This document shows positions 44,484 through 54,206 of a stretch of DNA of 64,000 nucleotides, piece by piece. A program made the position numbers and the translations under genes. Each line of letters starts with the position of its first letter. Positions within the stretch are counted from its first letter, which is position 1. The notes beneath the pieces are model-generated. The model was not told the DNA's origin. It ran no database searches and saw only the letters and a program-made list of their open reading frames with translations. The stretch is from an uncultured Candidatus Saccharibacteria bacterium (GTDB lineage: Bacteria > Patescibacteriota > Minisyncoccia > UBA6257 > 02-FULL-45-10c), in contig CAYHBW010000002.1 in the NCBI GenBank assembly GCA_964355085.1, forward strand, positions 6 through 64,005, in the 5' to 3' direction.

Positions 44484-44930
44484 ATGGAGAACGATAAATT
44501 GGAAAAATTGAATTGGGCTTTCATCGCCATCAGCTTTTCCGGATTTCTTGACGCGCTCTATCTGTCCATCCAGAGGTTCAAGGGAATTCCGATAATCTGC
44601 ACCATACTTGAGGGCTGCAACAAGGTCGCGACCAGCATTTATGCGGAAATCATGAATATCCCGGTGGCTTATCTCGGGGTGCTCTATTATTTCCTGATCT
44701 TCCTGCTGGCAATCTGGTTCTTGACTTCAAAAAACCGGAATACGGTATACGTGATTTCCGCTTTCACAATCGTCGGATTCATTTTTTCGGTTTGGTTCGT
44801 CTATCTGCAGATTTTCGTCATCAAGGCCATCTGCTTTTACTGCATGATTTCCGCACTGACCTCGACACTGCTGTTCATTCTGGGAAGTTATTATCTCATA
44901 TCTCATCATAAGAAAGGTCGCCAATTATAA
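44484..44930 (+). CDS. Vitamin K epoxide reductase (VKOR) family protein.
   Basis: A four-TM protein. The loop cysteines are in CTILEGC, and the active-site CxxC (CFYC) is in the last TM. Confidence 0.75.
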   Translation: MENDKLEKLNWAFIAISFSGFLDALYLSIQRFKGIPIICTILEGCNKVATSIYAEIMNIPVAYLGVLYYFLIFLLAIWFLTSKNRNTVYVISAFTIVGFIFSVWFVYLQIFVIKAICFYCMISALTSTLLFILGSYYLISHHKKGRQL

Positions 44931-44948
44931 TTTATCATTATAAAAAGC

Positions 44949-45329
44949 ATGAATTTAAAATTAATAGAATGGGTTTTGAGAGTGGGTGTGGCCGGTGAAT
45001 TCCTTGGTCACGGAGTATTCGCTTTGCAGGGGAAGAAAGATTGGGTGGGATGGTTCGCCAATTTCGGAATTTCCGATACGGGAACCGCCGTGAATATTCT
45101 GTTTTGGCTTGGCGTACTGGATATTCTTCTGGCGATCCTGGTGTTGGTCAAGCCGATGCGCTTGCCGCTTCTTTGGATGGTTTTTTGGGGATTCTGGACG
45201 GCGCTTTTGCGTCCGCTGGTCGGAATGCCGGTCTGGGATTTTGTGGAAAGATGGGCGAATTGGAGCGCTCCTTTGGCTCTGTTGCTCATTATCGGCTGGC
45301 CGAGAGAATGGCGTGATTGGCTTAAATAA
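44949..45329 (+). CDS. Hypothetical four-TM membrane protein, DoxX-like.
   Basis: Hydrophobicity pattern. The family assignment is weak. Confidence 0.45.
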   Translation: MNLKLIEWVLRVGVAGEFLGHGVFALQGKKDWVGWFANFGISDTGTAVNILFWLGVLDILLAILVLVKPMRLPLLWMVFWGFWTALLRPLVGMPVWDFVERWANWSAPLALLLIIGWPREWRDWLK

Positions 45330-45345
45330 ATACAAAAGACCCGAT

Positions 45346-46971
45346 ATGAAAAATATTTTATTGAACTTATTGAGCTGGACGCTGATAATCCTTAGTCCCG
45401 TTCTGATATTCGCAGTTTTCGGATATTTGGCTATTAATTTTGATGTCTGGCCGCCGAGTTGTGATATCCTTCCGATCCGGGAGGCGAGACGAGTATGTGA
45501 ATTTTCAAAATTGGAAAAAGCCCCGGCTGGTCAGCCGGCTGAAGTCAATTTCTGGGTTACGATTCCATATGATGCTCCGGCCGGCAGATTGCTGATAAGT
45601 ATAGATGGAAATGATCCTATGGAAATGGAAAAAATAAATAATCTAAGTTTCCGAAAATCAGTGAGCGTTGTTACCGGAGATGTTCTTACGTACAGATATC
45701 TCCGAAATAGCGATAAATCTTCTTCAGATGAAAAGAATCTTCCGGTCAGGTCGTATAAAAAAGACGTATATGATTACGTTTCGAAGTGGAGCGATTCTCC
45801 GGCATTCGGCCAAATCGGAAGCTATATTTCGCCGTTGATCACAATGGAAGATACCTGGACCATTAACTACAATATGAATCTTTTTGAAGATACAAGACGG
45901 AACTTGGATAGCGCATTCGCCAGGGTTGCGAGTATCGGCGGAAAGGAGGCGATGGTTTTCAGCTTCATTGATTTTATCGGCGATAATAAAGAAAGCATAA
46001 AACTGGAAGAAACAGCTTCTCCGTATAAAAATTGGCGCGATGCCGCAATTACACCGTCGGAGATGAAGGATATAGCCCGCACTGCAAAGAAATATAATCT
46101 GAAACCGATTATCGCTTATAATGTCGGAGCGGATTATACCAAATACATTGATGTAAGTTTAATCGGAAGATTTACAGGCGGAGCGGCTGGCGGCGGCGCA
46201 GGCGGCAATGCGGCGGAACAGCGGGCGGGAGATGATTTCGGCAGAGACGATCCAAAAACAAAAGCTTGGCTTGATTCGGAATTCGCTCAGCTTCAGGATA
46301 TTCTGGTGAGTTGGGCTATTAGCGCTGAAAAGGCCGGTATTTACGCAATTAATATCACACCGGAATACCGCATGCCGACACCAAGGCCGTTTTATGATTA
46401 TGCAGATGCAAAATTCAGCGGAATCATCAAGGCGATGAGGGGCGTATATTCCGGTAAAATATATGCGAGTAATTTTAACAGTTACGGCGGGCTCCGCTTA
46501 AGTCCTCGTCCTAAATATATTGATGACGCTGATGCGCTTATTCTTCACCTCCCCTTATTGAATTTGCGCGAGGGGGCGAGCATCTCCGAAATGCGGGCAG
46601 CGTGGTCTGAAATTTTAGACAGAGCCGAGGCGGATTTTGCGGATTATAAAAAACCTATTTATTTGGTGGAAAATGTCGGAAGTTATAACGGAGCAAATAG
46701 CGGAAGGGGAGGAATGGAATGGGGTGATTTTATCGAAGTCGTTAATGCCGGCTATTCCCGTGATTGGCAGGGTCAAGCCGATGCCATTGAAGCGCTGTTT
46801 CAGGCGTTCGCCGGAAGAACCAGGTTTGCGGGAATAGGTCCCGGTTCAAAATTCGCCTGGGACGATCTCATGGCGCCGGATTATGCGAGTCCTAGGAACG
46901 ATCTGACTTCCAATATCCGCAGTAAACCGGCGGAAGCGGTTTGGAAAAAATGGATTTTGCCGTCCTATTAA
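45346..46971 (+). CDS. Hypothetical secreted or membrane-anchored protein. It has an N-terminal beta-sandwich-like region, a Gly/Ala-rich linker and a possible TIM-barrel glycoside-hydrolase-like domain.
   Basis: The ATG at 45346 lies after the upstream stop and is in frame with the supplied 45109..46971 ORF. An N-terminal TM is present. The linker is GGAAGGGAGGNAA. The domain assignment is weak. Confidence 0.5.
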   Translation: MKNILLNLLSWTLIILSPVLIFAVFGYLAINFDVWPPSCDILPIREARRVCEFSKLEKAPAGQPAEVNFWVTIPYDAPAGRLLISIDGNDPMEMEKINNLSFRKSVSVVTGDVLTYRYLRNSDKSSSDEKNLPVRSYKKDVYDYVSKWSDSPAFGQIGSYISPLITMEDTWTINYNMNLFEDTRRNLDSAFARVASIGGKEAMVFSFIDFIGDNKESIKLEETASPYKNWRDAAITPSEMKDIARTAKKYNLKPIIAYNVGADYTKYIDVSLIGRFTGGAAGGGAGGNAAEQRAGDDFGRDDPKTKAWLDSEFAQLQDILVSWAISAEKAGIYAINITPEYRMPTPRPFYDYADAKFSGIIKAMRGVYSGKIYASNFNSYGGLRLSPRPKYIDDADALILHLPLLNLREGASISEMRAAWSEILDRAEADFADYKKPIYLVENVGSYNGANSGRGGMEWGDFIEVVNAGYSRDWQGQADAIEALFQAFAGRTRFAGIGPGSKFAWDDLMAPDYASPRNDLTSNIRSKPAEAVWKKWILPSY

Positions 46972-46976
46972 CGTAT

Positions 46977-47012
46977 AAAAACCGCCCCGATAGAGTCGGG
47001 GCGGTTTTTATT
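46977..47012. terminator. Bidirectional intrinsic terminator between convergent genes.
   Basis: aaaaccgccccga-tagag-tcggggcggttttt has A/T runs on both sides. Confidence 0.85.
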
Positions 47013-47020
47013 ATCTGTCA

Positions 47021-47221
47021 TTACTGCATCGGCGGTTTTTGCGACTGATCATCACCCATCCAAGCATTCACTTTTTCCCAGAACATCATTGCCAATCCGG
47101 CAAGGACTATCAGGGACATGCTCAATGGCGCGACTAATCCGTAGCCGCTTTGCGCTGCGCCGCCCATCATTATCAAACCGAACAGGGCGACTATAACTCC
47201 CAAAACTTTTCTTTTTTTCAT
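47021..47221 (-). CDS. Small hypothetical two-TM membrane protein.
   Basis: A 66-aa ORF with two hydrophobic helices. Confidence 0.5.
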   Translation of the reverse strand: MKKRKVLGVIVALFGLIMMGGAAQSGYGLVAPLSMSLIVLAGLAMMFWEKVNAWMGDDQSQKPPMQ

Positions 47222-47308
47222 ATATATTTGAGATTTAATTCGACCATCTCAATTATACCATTTTTTGGTATAATAATTGATATAGGATTTAAAGGGCGCA
47301 TTATATAA

Positions 47309-47797
47309 TTGTTTATAATTTACATGCAAAAATATCAAAATTTATCTTTGTTTCTGCTTAGGGTGTCTATGGGTTGGATGTATTTCTATGCCGGAATCAC
47401 GAAGGTGATCGATCCGGCCTGGACTGCCGAGGGCTATATTAAGGGGGCGAAAAATTTCACCTGGTTCTTCCAGTGGCTTCTCAATCCGGAAATACTTCCG
47501 GTGGTGAATTTCATGAATGAGTGGGGACTGACACTTCTTGGCGTTTCCCTCATTTTGGGAATCGGCGTCCGTCTTTCTTCAATTCTCGGTGCGGTGCTCA
47601 TGATGATGTATTATGTCGCATTGCCGTTTCCGTATCCGAACACTCATTCTCTGATAGTTGATGAGCATATAATTTATACGGCAGCTCTCCTGTTTTTCGC
47701 CGCAGTAAGAGCCGGCAGAACAGGTGGTTTGGAGGAATGGTGCTCGAATCTTCCGATTTGCGCCAAATATCCTAAATTGCGGGAGTGGCTTGGTTAA
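47309..47797 (+). CDS. DoxX family membrane protein.
   Basis: LLRVSMGWMYFYAGITKV is the DoxX N-terminal signature. An alternative start lies at 47324. Confidence 0.75.
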   Translation: MFIIYMQKYQNLSLFLLRVSMGWMYFYAGITKVIDPAWTAEGYIKGAKNFTWFFQWLLNPEILPVVNFMNEWGLTLLGVSLILGIGVRLSSILGAVLMMMYYVALPFPYPNTHSLIVDEHIIYTAALLFFAAVRAGRTGGLEEWCSNLPICAKYPKLREWLG

Positions 47798-47835
47798 GGT
47801 ATAATTAGCATATTATTAAAAGTAAAAATAAATTT

Positions 47836-47979
47836 ATGTGGAATTACATGATGGGTGGGTGGGGAGGAGGATATGGCTACAGTTGCGGAGGCGGATTCAT
47901 GGGAATAACTATGCTTCTTGTCTGGGCTGTCCTGCTTTTATTGGCTGTCCTGCTCTGGAAAAAAATAAACAATAAATAA
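47836..47979 (+). CDS. Small Gly-rich membrane protein of 47 aa (not in the ORF track).
   Basis: Translation MWNYMMGGWGGGYGYSCGGGFMGITMLLVWAVLLLLAVLLWKKINNK*. Confidence 0.3.
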   Translation: MWNYMMGGWGGGYGYSCGGGFMGITMLLVWAVLLLLAVLLWKKINNK

Positions 47980-47982
47980 TTC

Positions 47983-48780
47983 ATGGATATGGATCTGAAA
48001 ATAAAGAATTATCTGGGCATGGCCGGAGTCGCGCTTATGGCGGCTTTATCCTTATCCGCGCTTTGGTATGTCAATTCGTATTCTCGTTCCATTGAGCCTG
48101 GTACCTATCGCAGCTTCTCGGTCAGCGGCGAAGGCAAGGTAGTGGCAATTCCTGACGTCGCCGAATTTTCCTTCAGCGTCCTGACTCAAGGAGGGAAAGA
48201 TTTGGGCGCGCTACAGACTGAAAATACGGTCAAAGTCAATCGTGCGATCGGAGTCGTCAAAGGCGCCGGCGTAAATGATGAGGATATCAAGACCGAGCAG
48301 TACAGCGTCGCACCAATATACAAATATTTAGATAGCCGGCCCGATTATTATTCTCCGGAGGCAAAGTCTTGCCCGCCTCCTGAAATAGTCGGTTATACGG
48401 TTCAGCAGACTATCGGAGTGAAGGTGAGGGATTTTTCCAAAGTCGGAGAGCTTTTGACACAGGTTGTTGTCAGCGGAGCGAATTCCGTTTCCCAGCTGAA
48501 CTTTACCATGGATGATCCGACTGAACTCCAGAATCAGGCGCGCGCGGAAGCAATCGCCAAAGCCAAGGCCAAGGCGAAATCAATCGCAAAGGCGGGACGT
48601 TTTGATGTCGGAAGACTGCTTTCCATAGATGAAGGCGGTTACGCTCCGATGTACGCCAAGTATTCCGCTTATGGGATAGGCGGAGATATGGTTGCGGAGA
48701 GCGGTCCGGCCCCTTCAATACAGCCGGGATCCCAGGAAATCACCGTCAATGTCACTCTTCGATACGAAATTGAAGATTAA
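47983..48780 (+). CDS. SIMPL (DUF541) domain periplasmic protein.
   Basis: GEGKVVAIPDVAEFSFSV...TEQYSVAPIY...TVQQTIGVKVRD matches SIMPL/YggE-like proteins. Confidence 0.75.
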   Translation: MDMDLKIKNYLGMAGVALMAALSLSALWYVNSYSRSIEPGTYRSFSVSGEGKVVAIPDVAEFSFSVLTQGGKDLGALQTENTVKVNRAIGVVKGAGVNDEDIKTEQYSVAPIYKYLDSRPDYYSPEAKSCPPPEIVGYTVQQTIGVKVRDFSKVGELLTQVVVSGANSVSQLNFTMDDPTELQNQARAEAIAKAKAKAKSIAKAGRFDVGRLLSIDEGGYAPMYAKYSAYGIGGDMVAESGPAPSIQPGSQEITVNVTLRYEIED

Positions 48781-48796
48781 TTCATAGAGACAACGG

Positions 48797-48834
48797 GAAA
48801 TCGGCCTCCTATCCAGGAGGCCGATTTTTGTTTA
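48797..48834 (+). terminator. Intrinsic terminator.
   Basis: aatcggcctcct-atcc-aggaggccgatt is followed by TTTTGTTT. Confidence 0.85.
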
Positions 48835-48841
48835 GAATATA

Positions 48842-49675
48842 TTGATGAATAAGTCTTCAGATATTCAGAAAAAGGACGGGAAAACTTCCTGGGGCAAGGT
48901 GGCCGGCTGGTATGACAAGATGGTTGAGGGAGAAGGCAATTATCAGTCCGGGCTCATACTGCCGAATCTGTTGAGGATCCTGGATATAAAGAAGGGGATG
49001 ATTATGATCGATGTCGCTTGCGGGCAGGGATTTTTTTCCCGTGAATTTGCGAAATCGGGTGCCAGAGTTTACGGATCGGATATCGCGCCGGAATTGATAA
49101 AGCTTGCCGAGAAAAATACTCCGCCGTCGCTCCGTCCGAAAATAACCTATCAGACCTCTCCGTCGGACAACCTTTCTTTCATCAAGTCCGGGAGCGTTGA
49201 CGCGGTGGTGATAGTTCTTGCTTTGCAGAATATAGAAAAAGTGAAGGAAACGATTTCAGAATGTTTCCGCGTTTCGAAATCCGGCGGCCGGCTCGTACTG
49301 GTTCTCAATCATCCGGCATTCCGGATTCCGAAAGAATCCAGCTGGGGCTGGGATGCTACGGCAGAACTCAAGACTGGCGTCAAAGGAGTCCAGTATCGAA
49401 GGATTGACCGGTATCTTTCCGAGTCCAGCACAAAAATCCAGATGCATCCTTCGACAAGTTCAGGACAAGTCCCGGTGGCCGGAGAATTTACTATTTCTTT
49501 TCATCGACCACTGCAGTTTTATTTCAAAGTTCTGGCGAAGAATAATTTCCTGGTGAGCAGATTCGAGGAGTGGACTTCCAACCGGGTCAGCGAGAAGGGC
49601 CCGCGTTCTGAAGCCGAAGATCGCGCTCGCAAGGAGATCCCGCTTTTTCTTTGCATCGAGGCGGTCAAGAAATAA
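48842..49675 (+). CDS. Class I SAM-dependent methyltransferase.
   Basis: Motif I reads IDVACGQGFF. A Rossmann-like fold. Confidence 0.8.
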   Translation: MMNKSSDIQKKDGKTSWGKVAGWYDKMVEGEGNYQSGLILPNLLRILDIKKGMIMIDVACGQGFFSREFAKSGARVYGSDIAPELIKLAEKNTPPSLRPKITYQTSPSDNLSFIKSGSVDAVVIVLALQNIEKVKETISECFRVSKSGGRLVLVLNHPAFRIPKESSWGWDATAELKTGVKGVQYRRIDRYLSESSTKIQMHPSTSSGQVPVAGEFTISFHRPLQFYFKVLAKNNFLVSRFEEWTSNRVSEKGPRSEAEDRARKEIPLFLCIEAVKK

Positions 49676-49791
49676 TCCCACGCATAACGAGGACAGTTAA
49701 TATTTATCAATAATGAAAATTTTCTATTATATGGTCTTAAATAAAAAGTTGGAAGTCGTTAATCCGGGTTGCGCAGAGCGCAGTCCTCGTC

Positions 49792-51453
49792 ATGCGTGGG
49801 ATGTCTAAAAAAGATATTCTGTTTTATATTTTGATCGCTGCCGCAATTTTGCGACTTTGGGGGCTTTCTTCCGGCGATACTGTCAGTGACGAAGTTTTCA
49901 TGGGTTTTCGCGGACTCGGAATGATCGACTTTGATGAGGCGGCTGTTCAGACCACTCCGTGGGAATGGTGGGGTTCAGATCGTCCATGGTGGACGAATCT
50001 TTCCATGCACGATCATCCATGGGGCGTTCCTTTGGTCCAGAATCTTTCCATGAGAGTGTTCGGAGACAATAATTTCGGGATGCGTTTCCCATCCGCTGTC
50101 CTTGGAATCGGTTCGGTATATTTGCTTTATAAAATCGGACTTCTGCTGTATTCGCAGGAAGTCGGATTGATTGCCGCAGGACTTCTGGCTGTAACTGTGA
50201 ATGGCGTGTATATATCCAGAATCGGTCTTCAGGAAAGTTATGCGATCTTTGCAATTTTGCTCGGATTATATTATTTTTTGAAATCACTGCGGGATCCGAA
50301 ATATCTGCTTTGGGTCGGCGCGATAATCGGAATCGGGTCGGAATTCAAATACAATGTCCTTATTTTGGCGCCGATTTTTATTTTTTATCTTGCGCTTTTT
50401 CAACGGAATTATTTCCGGAACCGGTATCTTTGGCAGGGGATAATTGCGGCCATTATATTCTTCAGTCCGACGCTCATATATAATTTTGAACTTTACCGGG
50501 TAGTCGGTCATTTCGATTTTCAATTCTCGCATATTTTCGGACAGCGTCCTGACGTCTGGCAGGTTGCGCCGGGAAAGGAGATCGGAAGTCTTTCGGATAG
50601 GTTGATAAATTTTCTTCCCCGATTGGTCAACAGCAATTCTTGGATGTTTTTATCTCTTTGTGCCTTCAGTGTTATTTCGTTTCTCGGTTTATTGGTGAGA
50701 GGTGGGAAAGAAGTTTTAATTAGGCATCGCATGCTAATCATTTCGACTTTATCTGTTCTTATATTATTGGCATTCATCGGTCCTTCTTACCGGTTTCTCA
50801 CCATGCTTTCGCCGTTCATGGCGCTTGCTGTCGGGATATTTTTGCCCGCATTTTTGCATCGCGACGGAAATATTCCTAAAATATTTTTTATTGCAGTGCT
50901 GTGTTTTGAAATATTTTATTCCGTGAATAATCAGATTTTGGATTACCCGCTCGGTCCCAATCCCTGGCTGGCTTCAAATGTTCGGTATGAAAATTATAAT
51001 TGGGGTTATAATGAGCTTTCCGGATATCTGGAAGAAGAGTTTTACGGCAGAATGCCGGCTGTCACCTTTGATGTGAAGTATGGATTTTTGGAAGATCTCC
51101 GCAAAAAGGCGCTGGACGAAGGTCTGGCGGTAAGGGCGGAATTATATCCGGCATTGGTCGTCTATGAAGGGAATTTTGATGGAGGCGCGAAGCTTTGGGT
51201 TCTGGACAAACTTCATGTTTATCGTGCTTGGCCGATAATCAGTCTGCAGACATATCTGGATTACTTAGCGGAAAACGGTCAGGATTATGTGGAAAAAAGC
51301 GGTTTCCGGATAGTTTATTTCATTCAAAAGACCAATTGGGTTGCGCCTTATGATCTTGGCGTTCTGACGTCCGGAGCGGAGCGGAGTATTTACAACAGGC
51401 GTGGAGATGAGGTATTCAAGGTATACAAGCTTAATCTAACAAATAATAAATAA
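49792..51453 (+). CDS. Glycosyltransferase family 39 / ArnT-like (dolichyl-phosphate-mannose protein mannosyltransferase-like) integral membrane protein.
   Basis: A multi-TM N-terminal domain has a conserved DE-containing loop (VSDEVFMGFRGLGMIDFDE). An ArnT/PMT-like hydropathy pattern runs across about 550 aa. Confidence 0.7.
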   Translation: MRGMSKKDILFYILIAAAILRLWGLSSGDTVSDEVFMGFRGLGMIDFDEAAVQTTPWEWWGSDRPWWTNLSMHDHPWGVPLVQNLSMRVFGDNNFGMRFPSAVLGIGSVYLLYKIGLLLYSQEVGLIAAGLLAVTVNGVYISRIGLQESYAIFAILLGLYYFLKSLRDPKYLLWVGAIIGIGSEFKYNVLILAPIFIFYLALFQRNYFRNRYLWQGIIAAIIFFSPTLIYNFELYRVVGHFDFQFSHIFGQRPDVWQVAPGKEIGSLSDRLINFLPRLVNSNSWMFLSLCAFSVISFLGLLVRGGKEVLIRHRMLIISTLSVLILLAFIGPSYRFLTMLSPFMALAVGIFLPAFLHRDGNIPKIFFIAVLCFEIFYSVNNQILDYPLGPNPWLASNVRYENYNWGYNELSGYLEEEFYGRMPAVTFDVKYGFLEDLRKKALDEGLAVRAELYPALVVYEGNFDGGAKLWVLDKLHVYRAWPIISLQTYLDYLAENGQDYVEKSGFRIVYFIQKTNWVAPYDLGVLTSGAERSIYNRRGDEVFKVYKLNLTNNK

Positions 51454-51521
51454 GAACCAAAGAACGGAGAAACCGAAGAACTAAATAACTAAAGAACTAA
51501 AGAACTAATCATCAAAACCTA
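51454..51521. repeat. Low-complexity intergenic spacer with tandem octamer repeats (AAAGAACT and variants, about six units).
   Basis: Seen directly: aagaaccaaagaacggagaaaccgaagaactaaataactaaagaactaaagaactaa. Confidence 0.7.
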
Positions 51522-51526
51522 CCTCA

Positions 51527-52663
51527 ATGATTCAATTCAAGATACTTAAAAAGTCCAAAAAAAGCCGCGCCCGTCTCGGTATTTTGAAGACTCCTCACGG
51601 CGAGGTTGAAACTCCGGCATTTGTTCCGGTGGCTACCCAGGCGGCCATCAAGGCCCTGACCAACGATCAGGTACTGAAGACCAATCCGCAGATTTTTATC
51701 GCCAATACTTTCCATCTCGCTATCCGTCCCGGGGAAAAAGTCGTGAAAGCCGGCGGGGGATTGCAGAAATTCATGAATATGCCGAAGCCATTCATGACTG
51801 ACTCCGGGGGATTCCAGGTTTTCAGTCTTGGATTCGGAAGGGATTTCGGAACCGGGAAAATCCTCAAGCAAAAATCTGAAGAGCAGATACATCACGGTCA
51901 GCAGCCGAAACTTCTGAAGATTTCCGATGACGGAGTGGAATTCCGCGCTTATACTGACGGCAGGAAGATGTTTTTGGGTCCGAAGGAATCCATAAAGATC
52001 CAGGAGTCGCTCGGTGCGGATATCATCCTTGCTTTTGACGAATGCACTTCGCCAATCGCGGACTATGAATACACGAAAAAATCATTGGAAAAAACCCATC
52101 GCTGGGCCAAGATCTGTCTTGATGTGAAAAAATCCAAACAAGCGCTTTACGGCATAGTCCAGGGTGGGAAATTCAAGGACTTGAGGATTGAAAGCGCCAA
52201 ATTCATCGGCTCTCTGCCGTTCGACGGATTCGCCATTGGCGGGGAATTCGGCGATGAGAAAAAGATAATGTCCAAGATGCTCCGCTGGGTCAATGCCGAA
52301 CTGCCGGAGGACAAGCCGCGCCATCTTCTCGGCATAGGATATCTGGAAGATATGCCGAAAATAATCGCCGAAGGAGTGGATACTTTCGATTGCATCGTAC
52401 CGACCCATTACGCGCGCCGCGGGGTGGCTTTTACGTCAAAAGGGAAGCTGGATCTTTATGACGCGAAGCTTCTGAAGGATTTCCGTCCGCTTGATCCGAA
52501 TTGCGGTTGCGATGTCTGCAAAAATCATACTAGGAGCTATATCTGTCATCTGATGAAAGCAAAGGAGATTGCTCCGTTGAGCTTACTTACCTTTCATAAC
52601 CTTCATTATTTCAATGCCTATGTCGCCAAGCTCCGAGAAGATATCCGGAAAGGCAGATTATGA
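51527..52663 (+). CDS. tgt: Queuine tRNA-ribosyltransferase (tRNA-guanine transglycosylase).
   Basis: The zinc site is CGCDVCKNHTRSYICHL, and DCIVPT is the catalytic Asp region. It overlaps queA by 4 bp. Confidence 0.9.
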   Translation: MIQFKILKKSKKSRARLGILKTPHGEVETPAFVPVATQAAIKALTNDQVLKTNPQIFIANTFHLAIRPGEKVVKAGGGLQKFMNMPKPFMTDSGGFQVFSLGFGRDFGTGKILKQKSEEQIHHGQQPKLLKISDDGVEFRAYTDGRKMFLGPKESIKIQESLGADIILAFDECTSPIADYEYTKKSLEKTHRWAKICLDVKKSKQALYGIVQGGKFKDLRIESAKFIGSLPFDGFAIGGEFGDEKKIMSKMLRWVNAELPEDKPRHLLGIGYLEDMPKIIAEGVDTFDCIVPTHYARRGVAFTSKGKLDLYDAKLLKDFRPLDPNCGCDVCKNHTRSYICHLMKAKEIAPLSLLTFHNLHYFNAYVAKLREDIRKGRL

Positions 52664-53721
52664 TGAATTTGGAGAAACTGCTGGAAAAGTATGATTATGA
52701 ATTTCCGGAAGAGCTGATTGCACGGAAGCCGGCTTCGCCGAGGGAAAGCGCCCGGCTTTTGATATATGACCGGAGCTTCGGGAAGACGAAATACGGAACA
52801 TTCCGCAATCTTCCCGATTATCTTCCGCGAAACTCCGTCTTGGTTTTCAACCGGACAAAGGTCCTTCCGGCGAGACTTGTCGTTTCCAAGCCGACCGGCG
52901 GCAAAGTGAGGGTGATCTATCTTTCCGCCGAAGGCGGTCTCATCAAAGTAATGGCTGACCGGAAAATAGAAACCGGATCTGATCTGTCTCTTGCCGGTAA
53001 AATATCTTTCCGCGTCATGAGTCAGGCGGAAAAATTTTATTATCTGAAGCCGTCCTTCCCGATTTCCAAGCTTTTCGGGATTTTGGAAAAATACGGAATA
53101 ACCCCGATCCCGCCATATATTAAAGATTCTCCATTGAACGAGAGTGAATTACGGGAGAAATATCAGGCGGTTTTTGCGAAAGATCGCGGATCAGTGGCTG
53201 CTCCGACAGCTTCTCTGCATTTTTCCAAAAAACTTCTGGAGGGTTTGAAAAAATCCGGGGTAAGGATGAAGTTCGTGACTTTGCATGTCGGCCTGGGGAC
53301 TTTCGCGCCTTTGACTGAAGAAAATATCCGATCCGGAAAGCTTCATGGGGAATACTATGAGATAAGCCGGAAAGACGCCGTATTTTTGAATCGGGCAAAG
53401 GACAATGGAGCCAGCATAATCGCCGTGGGTACTACAGTGGCGCGGACCTTGGAATCCGCATCCGACGGTTCCGCAAAATTGAGAAAACTTTCCGGCTCGA
53501 CGGACATTTTCATCCGCAATGGATATCGGTTCGGTTTTGTCGACGGGTTGATCACGAATTTCCATGTCCCGAAATCGAGTCTGATGATGCTTGTTTCGGC
53601 CTTCATCGGCAGGAAGAATCTTCTGTCCTTGTATGGAGAGGCGATAAAGAGGAAATTCCGGCTTTTTTCATTCGGAGACGGAATGCTTTTGCTGCCTGAT
53701 GGCCGCCGAGCCCAAGATTGA
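52660..53721 (+). CDS. queA: S-adenosylmethionine:tRNA ribosyltransferase-isomerase.
   Basis: GITPIPPYIKD is the QueA signature. The gene forms an operon with tgt. Confidence 0.9.
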   Translation: MMNLEKLLEKYDYEFPEELIARKPASPRESARLLIYDRSFGKTKYGTFRNLPDYLPRNSVLVFNRTKVLPARLVVSKPTGGKVRVIYLSAEGGLIKVMADRKIETGSDLSLAGKISFRVMSQAEKFYYLKPSFPISKLFGILEKYGITPIPPYIKDSPLNESELREKYQAVFAKDRGSVAAPTASLHFSKKLLEGLKKSGVRMKFVTLHVGLGTFAPLTEENIRSGKLHGEYYEISRKDAVFLNRAKDNGASIIAVGTTVARTLESASDGSAKLRKLSGSTDIFIRNGYRFGFVDGLITNFHVPKSSLMMLVSAFIGRKNLLSLYGEAIKRKFRLFSFGDGMLLLPDGRRAQD

Positions 53722-53774
53722 TTTAACCGGTTTTCGGGGTTAATCTGTAGTCAGTTGTTTGTATCGGGGAAATC

Positions 53775-54206
53775 ATGAATTTCCCGGAAATAAATATTGA
53801 TGATTGGCTGTTGATTTCCGAAGACCCGCTTTGGATTGATTTCAATAGCGGGATACAGAAGCCGGCCGGCAGGAGCTTTCTCTATGAGAAAAAAACCAAC
53901 AAGGGATCCGATTTCCGGCAATTTCTGATTTGGTATGACGTATATGGGCGCGGCGTTTCAGCCGCTTCATGGACGCTTGCCGAATTCAGAAACGGGAAAG
54001 CCGTCGGAATCAAAATCGTCTCGCAAATTTTGAAAGACGGCAAGTGGGTATCTGGGATATTGAATCAAAGAGTGATTTTCCGCATGTGGATCGACGGAGA
54101 GAGCGGAAAATTCTGCGGCCTTAAAATTCGTCTCCAGACCGCGCCGAATATTTTTACGGAAGTCTGCCTGCGGAAATGCGCCGGTGATCCGGATGCTGGG
54201 AAATAA
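53775..54206 (+). CDS. Hypothetical protein. It may be the 5' part of a frameshifted gene together with 54184..54579.
   Basis: An ORF. It overlaps the next ORF, which is open in a different frame from 54076. Confidence 0.4.
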   Translation: MNFPEINIDDWLLISEDPLWIDFNSGIQKPAGRSFLYEKKTNKGSDFRQFLIWYDVYGRGVSAASWTLAEFRNGKAVGIKIVSQILKDGKWVSGILNQRVIFRMWIDGESGKFCGLKIRLQTAPNIFTEVCLRKCAGDPDAGK

